Under the pieces are notes generated by a model, which saw nothing but the letters and a program-made list of their open reading frames with translations, was not told where the DNA came from and did not search any database. Source: a virus. Taken from it: a stretch of DNA of 64,000 bases. The stretch lies in the IMG/VR virus record IMGVR_UViG_3300023179_000038, positions 1 to 64,000 of that record. One strand, written 5' to 3'. The translations under genes were made by a program, and so were the position numbers. Shown here in pieces: positions 1 to 7,985 of the stretch (position 1 is its first letter; each line of letters starts with the position of its first letter).

Positions 1-1
1 T

Positions 2-274
2 AAGCCAGATAAAGATACTAAGGGTGCTGTAAAGAAATGGGAAAACAAGGTAGATATTATCAATGACATCTACACTGGTGAATATAACGGAATGATTTCT
101 GGTAATGCGTGGGGTGCGTTCAATGCGCTAACTGAGCGTTTAGACTGGTATCGTTCTGCTCGTGGTGGCAATAATGAAAGTATTCTTGCTTCTGCTTCTG
201 GATTTGACCCTGCTATCAATGCAGAAAAAAATCGCTTACTAAAAGTTGTTCAAAATACTTTGCAACTAATCTAG
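2..274 (+). CDS. DUF932-family phage protein, C-terminal part (5' truncated by window)
   Basis: Frame is open from base 2. The GNAWGAFNALTERLDW motif resembles the DUF932 C-terminus. Confidence 0.7.
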   Translation, partial: KPDKDTKGAVKKWENKVDIINDIYTGEYNGMISGNAWGAFNALTERLDWYRSARGGNNESILASASGFDPAINAEKNRLLKVVQNTLQLI

Positions 275-280
275 TAAATA

Positions 281-308
281 AAATCCTGAGCATGATTTAA
301 AACTGCTC
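281..308 (+). ncRNA. Compact H-type pseudoknot motif, copy 1
   Basis: AAATC-CT-GAGCA-T-GATTT-AAAAC-TGCTC gives stem1 AAATC/GATTT and stem2 GAGCA/TGCTC. A second copy lies at 12165-12195. Confidence 0.55.
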
Positions 309-312
309 CGCT

Positions 313-386
313 GGTCCCATAGATCAATTGGTTAGATCGTTACCCTGTCACGGTAAAGGCTACGGGTTCAAGTCCCGTTGGGATCG
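313..386 (+). tRNA. tRNA-Asp(GTC)
   Basis: Acceptor GGTCCCA/TGGGATC, anticodon arm TTACC-CTGTCAC-GGTAA, T-loop TTCAAGT. No encoded CCA. Confidence 0.95.
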
Positions 387-439
387 CAAGCGGATCGGGG
401 TTACAAAAATGTTATCATTTTGTTTTATTAAGAGGGGAT

Positions 440-468
440 TTGCATTTTCCCCATTCTTGATGTAAAAT
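440..468 (+). promoter_or_regulatory. Sigma70/SigA-type promoter, leaderless
   Basis: TTGCAT-17bp-TAAAAT, with ATG 7 nt downstream at 476. Confidence 0.6.
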
Positions 469-475
469 TAATATT

Positions 476-637
476 ATGACCACAACCTACAAACCTTACA
501 CCATAGACGAACTAGTAACTACAATATACGAAGATAACTTCTCACATCTAGATTTTATGGATAACATGGGTGGAGAAGATTGCGATTGCCGTATCCATAT
601 GACTCTTAATACTATTTTAGAATATTGGGGTGAATAA
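476..637 (+). CDS. Hypothetical 53-aa protein (MTTTYKPYTIDEL...)
   Basis: Read manually. It follows the promoter, and its stop overlaps the next start (TAATG). Confidence 0.65.
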   Translation: MTTTYKPYTIDELVTTIYEDNFSHLDFMDNMGGEDCDCRIHMTLNTILEYWGE

Positions 638-813
638 TGCTAGGCTACACCTATAGCGATATACAAGCCTTTGGTAATAGTTTGACTTGGGCTATTGATA
701 CCGCCAAAAACCAGGGGGATGAACAAAACTATAAACAATTACTAATAGTATGGGACTTCTTTGAAGGTTTACTAGCAGAAGGATACATAGATGAGAACAC
801 ATTCTATGGATAG
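637..813 (+). CDS. Hypothetical 58-aa protein (MLGYTYSDIQ...FFEGLLAEGYI)
   Basis: Read manually. Translationally coupled to the upstream ORF. Confidence 0.65.
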   Translation: MLGYTYSDIQAFGNSLTWAIDTAKNQGDEQNYKQLLIVWDFFEGLLAEGYIDENTFYG

Positions 814-841
814 TATGTAATGTAGATCACCTTACGATACC

Positions 842-870
842 TTGCAAAAATTCGCAGGGCATAGTAAAAT
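842..870 (+). promoter_or_regulatory. Sigma70-type promoter
   Basis: TTGCAA-17bp-TAAAAT upstream of the AAGGAG RBS. Confidence 0.55.
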
Positions 871-898
871 TGTATTAAGAAATCAACAAAGGAGACCC

Positions 899-1456
899 AT
901 GCATACATTACATTACATATCAGTTGAAGCAGATAACAAGCAAGAAGCATTTGATAAGGTTGTGGTGGCCTTATCTCCAAACGAAGACGGATACCGCTTA
1001 GCAGACTGGTCAGATTGGCATGTCGTAGGTGGGGGAAGGTATAGCAGCAATGCAAATAAAGAAAACAACCTTATGGCAGGTTATAACGATGACCCTACTG
1101 ATGTTATTGGCTATGCTGAAGATAAGGAAAAATTCCAAGAAACATTAATTAATGTAGGTAAGTGGAAATCACACGCCATGAACAGGGCAATCAAAGAGTT
1201 CAACTCTGATAAGTTTATTAGTGATATGGTTGACTATGCTTCAGAAGGTGGTAGGTCAGAGTATAACGGTAATACCATAATGAATGCTTATACTGTTAAA
1301 GAAACAGCAACAATGCTAATGGGTGGTTGGATACCTGATAGTGGGTTTTACGACCTTGAGGAAAATATCGCTGAAACTACCTATCTTAAAGAGCGCCTTG
1401 ACAAACCTGAACAGGCTGCACTACAATATCTAGTACCTGTAGATTTCCACTTCTAA
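899..1456 (+). CDS. Hypothetical phage protein (WSDWHVVGGGR motif)
   Basis: Start moved to ATG 899 after AAGGAGACCC. The same RBS context precedes 1465. Confidence 0.8.
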   Translation: MHTLHYISVEADNKQEAFDKVVVALSPNEDGYRLADWSDWHVVGGGRYSSNANKENNLMAGYNDDPTDVIGYAEDKEKFQETLINVGKWKSHAMNRAIKEFNSDKFISDMVDYASEGGRSEYNGNTIMNAYTVKETATMLMGGWIPDSGFYDLEENIAETTYLKERLDKPEQAALQYLVPVDFHF

Positions 1457-1464
1457 GGAGACCC

Positions 1465-1932
1465 ATGAACGATTTTGTAGAACTTACAGAGGATGAATGG
1501 TTTGATACCTTCAAGCCAATCCCAAACCATATAGACGAGAATGCCTCATTCAATGACGGTGAACAAGGCTATATGTTTGAAACCTATGGTAAAGAGTTAG
1601 AGTTTGTCAAAGCACAAAAGCCTAATACTATATGGACATATGGTGACGGAGACGATGGCTCTTATATATGGAGCGGTTGGCATATAGTTAATAGGATTGG
1701 TTACTTTATAAGTACCGTGCCATTTGATGAAACAAAGGACTATCAGATACAGATTAGCAGCAATGATATATATGTTTGTCCTAACTGTAATGAAGAGTGG
1801 GAAGACGAAGTAGCAGCCTTGCATTATGACAAATTTGAGGATTTGGAAAAATGCGCTGGATGTGCTACAGTAGAGGAACTAAAGGAACTAGAAGAAATGG
1901 AGAACCAAGACCTTGGCAAGATGGGAAATTGA
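1465..1932 (+). CDS. Hypothetical acidic protein with C-terminal CxxC...CxxC
   Basis: ORF track; AAGGAG RBS. Confidence 0.8.
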   Translation: MNDFVELTEDEWFDTFKPIPNHIDENASFNDGEQGYMFETYGKELEFVKAQKPNTIWTYGDGDDGSYIWSGWHIVNRIGYFISTVPFDETKDYQIQISSNDIYVCPNCNEEWEDEVAALHYDKFEDLEKCAGCATVEELKELEEMENQDLGKMGN

Positions 1933-2071
1933 AGTAATCTTTGAACCAACAGGAGATTACATGAACTTTGAGTATGAGACTGACACTGAAGACGAAGATA
2001 CTATCTATCGTGAGATAGAAAACCAATTATCAATCGTACCAATTCTAGTTGAGAAGAATGAGGAAGAGTAA
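1913..2071 (+). CDS. Hypothetical 52-aa acidic protein (TTG start, MARWEIEVIFEP...)
   Basis: Fills the gap between genes, has GGAG upstream, and its stop overlaps the next ATG. Confidence 0.55.
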   Translation: MARWEIEVIFEPTGDYMNFEYETDTEDEDTIYREIENQLSIVPILVEKNEEE

Positions 2072-2445
2072 TGGGAGCACGTTGCACATTCATATTTAAA
2101 CAGTCAGAGGATCTTGGTGTAGCGCTATATAGTCACTGGGGTGAATACAGCATGTATGAAGATCTTGCTAAGGCCCTGCAGCATGCTGCTCCACGTAAAG
2201 GAGACCATGAGTACTATACCCGCATGGCTATCAGTTATCTACTAAAGGATTCTATTTTGGATGAGACAGGGTTTGGTCTCTATGCATGTGACCCTAAAAC
2301 ACATATGCAGTATTGCGATCATCCAATATTAATTGACTTGACTAATAACACTATCAGTCATGACAGCATAGAGCACAAAGACATTGACAGTTTTATTAAT
2401 TATAATTTGCCCAGCAGTGTCCTTTCCACTGTGGGGGCCTCATAA
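2071..2445 (+). CDS. Hypothetical phage protein (MGARC...LYSHWG motif)
   Basis: ORF track; coupled start. Confidence 0.8.
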   Translation: MGARCTFIFKQSEDLGVALYSHWGEYSMYEDLAKALQHAAPRKGDHEYYTRMAISYLLKDSILDETGFGLYACDPKTHMQYCDHPILIDLTNNTISHDSIEHKDIDSFINYNLPSSVLSTVGAS

Positions 2446-2446
2446 A

Positions 2447-2627
2447 TAGCAAAGGTTGGGGTAACCTTTTGCTAATATAAAGAAGGAGCGTATGGGTCAC
2501 CTCCTTCAAGGGGACGTAGGTCAAAGTCACAACTTGCGTCCCCACCAAATTTTTGGTATACTAGGATTGGAGCACAAGCAATTCTAATGCCTATGGTATG
2601 GTCTAATGCTTGTGCTTCATGCTTTTT
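2447..2627 (+). ncRNA. Candidate structured RNA locus (four consecutive hairpins)
   Basis: Stems at 2447-2474, 2482-2507, 2510-2543 and 2569-2618. G-U pairs occur in stems 3 and 4, and a T-run follows the last stem. Confidence 0.5.
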
Positions 2628-2644
2628 ATTGATATAATGATTGG

Positions 2645-2863
2645 GTGCTAATGAGACGAAGACATAGACTTACAGATGAAGAAAAGGTTGCTATAAAAAT
2701 ATCAAACCTTGTCTGTGATTTAAGGACAGACTTAGAGCAGGTTGGTGTTTATTTTTATCAATTAGCACCACTGGTAGCATATAATCGCTTACAGGTTATA
2801 GCGGAAAGTGCGAAGGCACAGAAAGAGAGTAGCAATGGAATCAATCAATACCCCTTATTCTGA
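2645..2863 (+). CDS. Hypothetical protein
   Basis: GTG start 6 nt after TATAAT (2633-2638). Confidence 0.7.
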   Translation: MLMRRRHRLTDEEKVAIKISNLVCDLRTDLEQVGVYFYQLAPLVAYNRLQVIAESAKAQKESSNGINQYPLF

Positions 2864-3098
2864 AGTATGTTCTATTTTGGCAGAGTTGTGGTTATCATAT
2901 AAAGAAGATGAGAACTTTGAAGATTTTATTGAATACAATGATATTGGTTTGCCATTAGCATTTGCTATAGCAGAAGGAATTGTTTCTAGTTCTCCTGTAG
3001 CAGAAGAATATATCAAAGAAACTTGGATCCTATTTTTAAAGGGTTTGAATATTGAGGATAAAGGTTTTAGATCCCTTGATGAGGTTTTGGGCCTATAA
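2835..3098 (+). CDS. Hypothetical acidic protein (FIEYNDIGLPLA motif)
   Basis: ORF track; start moved to MESIN at ATG 2835. Confidence 0.75.
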   Translation: MESINTPYSEVCSILAELWLSYKEDENFEDFIEYNDIGLPLAFAIAEGIVSSSPVAEEYIKETWILFLKGLNIEDKGFRSLDEVLGL

Positions 3099-3244
3099 CA
3101 TTTTGAGCGGGGCCGATGCAAATAACTTATCAAACCATCATATTACGATATCATTATATTTTTCCCAGATTGTAGCATTACGATATCATATTAAAAATCC
3201 CAAACCTTTCAAACCTTATAATTAAATAGTGTTATACTTTCAAT

Positions 3245-3457
3245 ATGAGCCCAAGACATTTTTCTAGACAAGCATATCCAAAAATGGCAAGAGAAGAAGA
3301 TGAAGGTTTAGCGCAAGTGTTTACTACCTTTACTTCTATTATAGGTTTGGGTAGGTATTTTTCTACTAATCCCGCCTCAAAAATGTCTAATAGTATTATA
3401 GAAGATACCGATCTGGCGGGGGATCATAAGGTAGACCACTCTTCTCTTTATAAATAA
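3245..3457 (+). CDS. Hypothetical protein
   Basis: ORF track; TATACT a few nt upstream of the ATG. Confidence 0.5.
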   Translation: MSPRHFSRQAYPKMAREEDEGLAQVFTTFTSIIGLGRYFSTNPASKMSNSIIEDTDLAGDHKVDHSSLYK

Positions 3458-3495
3458 GCATATTAACAAACCTTTCTATCTGATATAATCTTTAT

Positions 3496-3627
3496 ATGTC
3501 AAACCTTATATGTCCAAAAAAAGTCAAATGCCATTTCTGTGATAGAGATGCTTTATATGTATCTGATTATGAAGGTTTGATAATAGATACTTGTATTAAG
3601 CATTTTAAGTATTTGTATTCTGGCTGA
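3496..3627 (+). CDS. 43-aa CxxC...CxxH zinc-binding microprotein
   Basis: MSNLICPKKVKCHFCDRDALYVSDYEGLIIDTCIKHFKYLYSG; TATAAT-6nt-ATG. Confidence 0.55.
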   Translation: MSNLICPKKVKCHFCDRDALYVSDYEGLIIDTCIKHFKYLYSG

Positions 3628-4070
3628 TCCCGCCTGGTAATGTAAAATAGTTTAATAAAACATTACGAAACGGTATAAAAACCCCCAAATTCTTACCCCC
3701 ATAATAAATACCAAACCTTTTAATCTTTTTTTATTATTTTTTAAATATTATTTAAATTTTTTATAAAGTTTTGTACATTTTTCCTGCAATTTTGTACAAA
3801 TTTTATAGGGGTTTTTAGGGTAAAAAGGTTTGAAATCAAGCATTGATTCTTGACAAACCATGGTTTTGAAGGTATAATGCATGCCCCATATGAAGATAGG
3901 AAGGTTTGGGGATAGGAGGTTTGGCCGTCAGACATTACGATGCCCCCTTTAAAAGCGCCCAATTACCCACTATCCTCCACTTTACTCCACTTTAACCCCA
4001 TATAGAAATATCATCAGTAAGATTTTTATGTGAACAAACCACCCATCCAAACATACTGTATAATTAAAAT

Positions 4071-4160
4071 ATGATAAAAATCTTATGCTATAAATGTGGA
4101 GTTATCTATCAAACCCCATATGGATCAACCCATCAATGTCCAAGGTGCGAAAGCAAATAA
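4071..4160 (+). CDS. 29-aa zinc-ribbon microprotein
   Basis: MIKILCYKCGVIYQTPYGSTHQCPRCESK; TATAAT-6nt-ATG; stop overlaps the next ATG. Confidence 0.55.
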   Translation: MIKILCYKCGVIYQTPYGSTHQCPRCESK

Positions 4161-4324
4161 TGTCACTTGAAAATGATATTAAGGATATCCTATTTAAAAT
4201 TGGCCAGGAAGTAATTATTCATAAAATAGATTCAGATAACACCATACTAGAAATAGATTACGATAAGTTTACTGTAGAGATTATGGAGTTATTTAAGAAT
4301 TATTTGCAGGGGACAAAGATTTAA
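4160..4324 (+). CDS. Hypothetical 54-aa protein (MSLENDIKDIL...)
   Basis: TAATG coupling suggests a start at 4160 rather than 4094. Confidence 0.65.
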   Translation: MSLENDIKDILFKIGQEVIIHKIDSDNTILEIDYDKFTVEIMELFKNYLQGTKI

Positions 4325-4622
4325 TCGCCCTATTGACCATACGTATCAAACCACGTTTCTTGACTTTTCTGGCATTAAATGTCTCCGTGTATCCAGATTG
4401 AGGCATATGCCCCTTATTGAGATAATGTCCGTATTTCTCTCTTAATGTATTTAGTACTATAGATTCGACTCTTTTGGCATCCCCCCGATTTTTGAAATAC
4501 CAATATGCTACTAATTTCCATCCCTTGGTCCTATGTTGGCGATATCTCCTACCAGATATATCTCCAATACCTATTTTGATAGCATCAAATTCTTTGTGAT
4601 AAATAATATATAAAATACACAT
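4293..4622 (-). CDS. GIY-YIG superfamily (T5orf172-like) nuclease domain protein
   Basis: ILYII...IKIG...RYRQH...VE pattern; leaderless promoter. Confidence 0.65.
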   Translation of the reverse strand: MCILYIIYHKEFDAIKIGIGDISGRRYRQHRTKGWKLVAYWYFKNRGDAKRVESIVLNTLREKYGHYLNKGHMPQSGYTETFNARKVKKRGLIRMVNRAIKSLSPANNS

Positions 4623-4658
4623 ATTGACATTATATCGGTGGTTTGGTATGATATATAG

Positions 4659-4847
4659 ATGATAGATCTTAGAGGTATTCCTACTCCTATCTGCCCTTGC
4701 TGTGGTTCACATGTTTTGCGTATATCCGCAACCTTTGATCCTGAGACATATGATATAGCCGCATACCTGTTGCATGATGCAACCTGTGGCCAATGTGGAT
4801 GCTTGATAACTGCTCCTACTCCTTTAGATCATCCATCCGCTATTTGA
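4659..4847 (+). CDS. Small zinc-binding protein (CPCCG...CGQCG)
   Basis: Two CxxC-type motifs; TATGAT upstream. Confidence 0.7.
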   Translation: MIDLRGIPTPICPCCGSHVLRISATFDPETYDIAAYLLHDATCGQCGCLITAPTPLDHPSAI

Positions 4848-4872
4848 CTTTACTCTGCAACAGATCTATAAT
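4844..4872 (+). promoter_or_regulatory. Sigma70-type promoter, leaderless
   Basis: TTGACT-17bp-TATAAT-6nt-ATG. Confidence 0.7.
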
Positions 4873-4878
4873 TGATAT

Positions 4879-5046
4879 ATGCAGACAAAGATAGAGATTA
4901 ATCCTGCTACAGGTCAATGGCGATTTTACGATTGTGAACTTAAGGTTTATTCATTAAAAGAATGGCCTCAAAGAATAGATGCTATCAAAGAGTCAAGCAA
5001 ATATATGAAAAAACATAGACTAAGATATACTAAAAAGCGTAAATAA
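4879..5046 (+). CDS. Hypothetical 55-aa basic protein (MQTKIEINPATGQW...)
   Basis: Read manually. It follows the promoter and abuts the next gene. Confidence 0.6.
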   Translation: MQTKIEINPATGQWRFYDCELKVYSLKEWPQRIDAIKESSKYMKKHRLRYTKKRK

Positions 5047-5529
5047 ATGCAAACATTCCTACCATATAAAGATTATGAAAAGTCTGCAGAAACCCTGGAT
5101 AATAAACGACTTAACAAACAAATTTTAGAAGGTTATCAAATACTTAAAATATTATCTGGTGCATCCCCTTCTGGTGCTTGGAGAAATCATCCAGCAGTTC
5201 TTATGTGGAAGAGATCAGAAAAACATCTTATGAGATATATTGACCACATGGTTTCAGAAGCCAATTATCGTGGCATTAAGACTGAGAACAATGTTGCAAA
5301 CCTTAAAACCCTCAAGGAAAACTTTAGCCATAGATGGGGAGATATCAAACCTATTTGGTCTAAGTCCGAACATGTAGATCGTGTTATTACTACTCATAAG
5401 GCTAATTTGTATAGGAAGGACTCTGAGTTATACCCTCAATTTTATATGGCCAAAAGTAGTGAGTTTAATGAGCCTTGTTGTGATAAATGTTTATATTATT
5501 GGGCTACGCATGTGGAGAGAAATAAATGA
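5047..5529 (+). CDS. Pyrimidine-dimer DNA glycosylase family (DenV-related, MSMEG_6728-like)
   Basis: MQTFLPY...LDNKRLNKQILE...WRNHPAVLMW signature. Confidence 0.85.
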   Translation: MQTFLPYKDYEKSAETLDNKRLNKQILEGYQILKILSGASPSGAWRNHPAVLMWKRSEKHLMRYIDHMVSEANYRGIKTENNVANLKTLKENFSHRWGDIKPIWSKSEHVDRVITTHKANLYRKDSELYPQFYMAKSSEFNEPCCDKCLYYWATHVERNK

Positions 5530-5627
5530 AAATAGTGATTTGTCCTGAATGTAAGAAAGAGTGGGAGTTTAGGTCAGGCTTTGCCCATTACTCTCTATAT
5601 AGGCATATTAAGAATAATCACAAATAG
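5526..5627 (+). CDS. 33-aa C2H2-like zinc finger microprotein
   Basis: MKIVICPECKKEWEFRSGFAHYSLYRHIKNNHK; ATGA overlap with the upstream gene. Confidence 0.55.
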   Translation: MKIVICPECKKEWEFRSGFAHYSLYRHIKNNHK

Positions 5628-5704
5628 TGCAACGGTAGTTGCATTGGATGGTTTATATTTCTATTTTGCGCCGAACTTAAATTTTTGTAGTGTATAATAG
5701 AAAG

Positions 5705-6313
5705 ATGCCATATACAGTTAATAATATACCAGTTGGTCACAATCCAGATGAAATTGAAAGACTAGAATCGTATAACCAATTTTTTGAAAAAGTTGGAAGT
5801 TCATCAGAAAACATTAAACTAATACCAAACTTTTTATCCGAAGATGAGATTAAGTATTTACTTGATAGTATTAGTGAAAACAGAAAACTTAGTTTTGAAT
5901 CACAAAAAGATGATTTAGGCAACGCTATAAATTGGATGCATATTTATACTGGCATAGAAGATAAGTTTAAAATTAAAGATAGGATAAAAACTGAAATAAT
6001 TAATGCCTATGGATTCAATAAAATAAGACCAAAAGAGTTTCAACTCAGTGTAGCAAAATGGGAAAAGGGAACCAAATTAAATCTACATGTAGATGACTTA
6101 GGTTATGTTACAAACAATCATATACCTACCCTTATTTATTTAAATGATGATTACGAAGGTGGCGAAATTAGTTTTGCTACACACGATATTACCATAAAGC
6201 CTAAAGTTGGAGATCTTTTAATATTCCCTGGAAATATGCACTACGCACATGAAGTCAAAGAAATACTTTCTGGAACAAGATATACCTTGCCAACCTGGTT
6301 TACAATTGTATAG
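5705..6313 (+). CDS. 2OG-Fe(II) oxygenase, prolyl-4-hydroxylase-like
   Basis: HVD...YLNDDYEGGE...HEV...RY motif; TATAAT-6nt-ATG. Confidence 0.9.
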   Translation: MPYTVNNIPVGHNPDEIERLESYNQFFEKVGSSSENIKLIPNFLSEDEIKYLLDSISENRKLSFESQKDDLGNAINWMHIYTGIEDKFKIKDRIKTEIINAYGFNKIRPKEFQLSVAKWEKGTKLNLHVDDLGYVTNNHIPTLIYLNDDYEGGEISFATHDITIKPKVGDLLIFPGNMHYAHEVKEILSGTRYTLPTWFTIV

Positions 6314-6327
6314 GGTATAACTAAATA

Positions 6328-6591
6328 ATGATAGAAAATGTATCAGAACAACCTAGAAAAAAAAGAAAACTTCTTGATGGATCTGAGGTAAATGATTACG
6401 ATTATCCTATTGATATTATCGTACATACCAAGGCTCCTGGTAAATGGAAGTTAATAGATCTTGAAACTGGTCAAGAATATCTTGGATCAGAAATATCTCA
6501 TGAAACATTTGGAGAAATACTAAGAATAAAAGTGGCAAAGTCTAAAATAGGTTCTTGGTTTAAAACTAAAGGAAAAGTAAAAAAACAATGA
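6328..6591 (+). CDS. Hypothetical protein
   Basis: ORF track; coupled to the next gene. Confidence 0.75.
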   Translation: MIENVSEQPRKKRKLLDGSEVNDYDYPIDIIVHTKAPGKWKLIDLETGQEYLGSEISHETFGEILRIKVAKSKIGSWFKTKGKVKKQ

Positions 6592-7451
6592 ATAATCGTA
6601 AACCTATAACATTTCATTGGATGTGGAGAAGACACTGGCAGATAAGCGATAGTATTGAAAATTTAGACTTTGATGGAATTCTTCGTATGGCACAAGAACT
6701 AGATGATGCAAATGTTAAGTCTGTATTGCTTCCATATGGTCCAGGTGGTATTGATTTTTCTTTAGTTATAAAAGAAGCATTAGAAAAAACAAATCAGTTA
6801 ATTATGACAATTGCTTTACCTGCATATGGGACAAGTCCAGATTATGCTGCTAAGATTTGTGAAACGTTAAATCGTTTTGCACCTGGAAGAATTGGAGTAA
6901 ATCTGGTTGCTGGAAGGTGGGGCGATGAAGGCAACGGTCCTTCTGAAAAACTAGTTATAGATCATTATATGCACGATTCAAGTTTGATTGATACTTTAGA
7001 AAAAAGAGTAGCAATATCAGCAGTTTGGATGGACAATATAATGGATTTAATGAAACGTCATAGACACAAAACACATATGGCAGTGGTTGGTTCTTCAGAC
7101 ACAACAATTAACATAGCAAATAAACATTGTGAATATATCTATGTTGATGATAATTTAGTATATAGAGATCAATTTAAAAAAATTAATCTTAATAAAGTAA
7201 AACCCATACTCATTATTGATCCACTTATTATTAATAATCCAGAAGATGAACATAATGTTAAATATGACAAAAATGCACCAGTAAGAAAGCAGCATCATCA
7301 CGTAAAGGGTTCAATGCTAGATGTTATTAGACAAATAAGAGAACTATCACAAAGGTTTGAGATATATGACTTTATGATTCATACTGATCAAGCAGATATA
7401 AGTCAGTTATTAAAATTAGTAAAGGAGTTTAACGAATATGGAGATATCTGA
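6588..7451 (+). CDS. Luciferase-like (LLM) monooxygenase-family protein, divergent
   Basis: P.YAAKICETLNRFAPGRIGVNLVAG resembles the LLM TLD..S.GR..N.V.G motif. Confidence 0.65.
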   Translation: MNNRKPITFHWMWRRHWQISDSIENLDFDGILRMAQELDDANVKSVLLPYGPGGIDFSLVIKEALEKTNQLIMTIALPAYGTSPDYAAKICETLNRFAPGRIGVNLVAGRWGDEGNGPSEKLVIDHYMHDSSLIDTLEKRVAISAVWMDNIMDLMKRHRHKTHMAVVGSSDTTINIANKHCEYIYVDDNLVYRDQFKKINLNKVKPILIIDPLIINNPEDEHNVKYDKNAPVRKQHHHVKGSMLDVIRQIRELSQRFEIYDFMIHTDQADISQLLKLVKEFNEYGDI

Positions 7452-7980
7452 AAAAACTAAAGAAAAATTTAATATAATTGGCAGTAATCTAAATAATATA
7501 AAAGTTTTTAATAATTATCTTAGTGTAAATGAATGCAATAGCATTATAAAACTAATTAAATTTACAAAAACAAGTAATGTTAGACCACTTCAGTCTGAAG
7601 CCTTATCTTTAATATATTATGACTCGCTTGCATTGCCAGAAAAGTATGTGCCTGGAGTACACTCTATGCTAGAAAAAGAATATGGTGTTAAAGTAAAGCC
7701 AAGGCATTCTCGTTTTGCTGAGTGGAGACATAATAATAGCAACACAGTCCCTATTGATGACATGGGGTCTAAAGACTCTAACCATATGGCAGGTTGGATA
7801 TATCTTAATGATAATTATGAGGGTGGAGAACTTTCTTTTATTAATCAAAATATGTCTTTTAAGCCTAAGACGGGAGATCTTGTTATGTTCCCTGGAAATA
7901 TGCACTATTGGTACAATGTAAACCCTGCAAATGGATCAAGATATATTATGCCTATTTGGTTTGATTTTATTAATGAGTAA
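7438..7980 (+). CDS. 2OG-Fe(II) oxygenase paralog lacking both iron-ligand histidines
   Basis: YLNDNYEGGE and FPGNMHY are conserved, but HxD is PID and the distal His is Tyr. Confidence 0.8.
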   Translation: MEISEKTKEKFNIIGSNLNNIKVFNNYLSVNECNSIIKLIKFTKTSNVRPLQSEALSLIYYDSLALPEKYVPGVHSMLEKEYGVKVKPRHSRFAEWRHNNSNTVPIDDMGSKDSNHMAGWIYLNDNYEGGELSFINQNMSFKPKTGDLVMFPGNMHYWYNVNPANGSRYIMPIWFDFINE

Positions 7981-7985
7981 ATGTT

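Larger units (their letters stand above)
3100..4060. repeat. Repeat-rich, low-coding region; candidate origin or packaging/regulatory region
   Basis: Many (C)AAACC(T) motifs in both orientations, ATTACGATATCAT direct repeats at 3142 and 3177, an AT-rich tract at about 3720-3800, and CCACT at 10-bp spacing (3967, 3977, 3987). Confidence 0.5.

Noticed and set aside
3741-3962. 73-aa - strand ORF in the repeat region
   Set aside because: It has no clear start signals, low-complexity composition and runs against local gene orientation.
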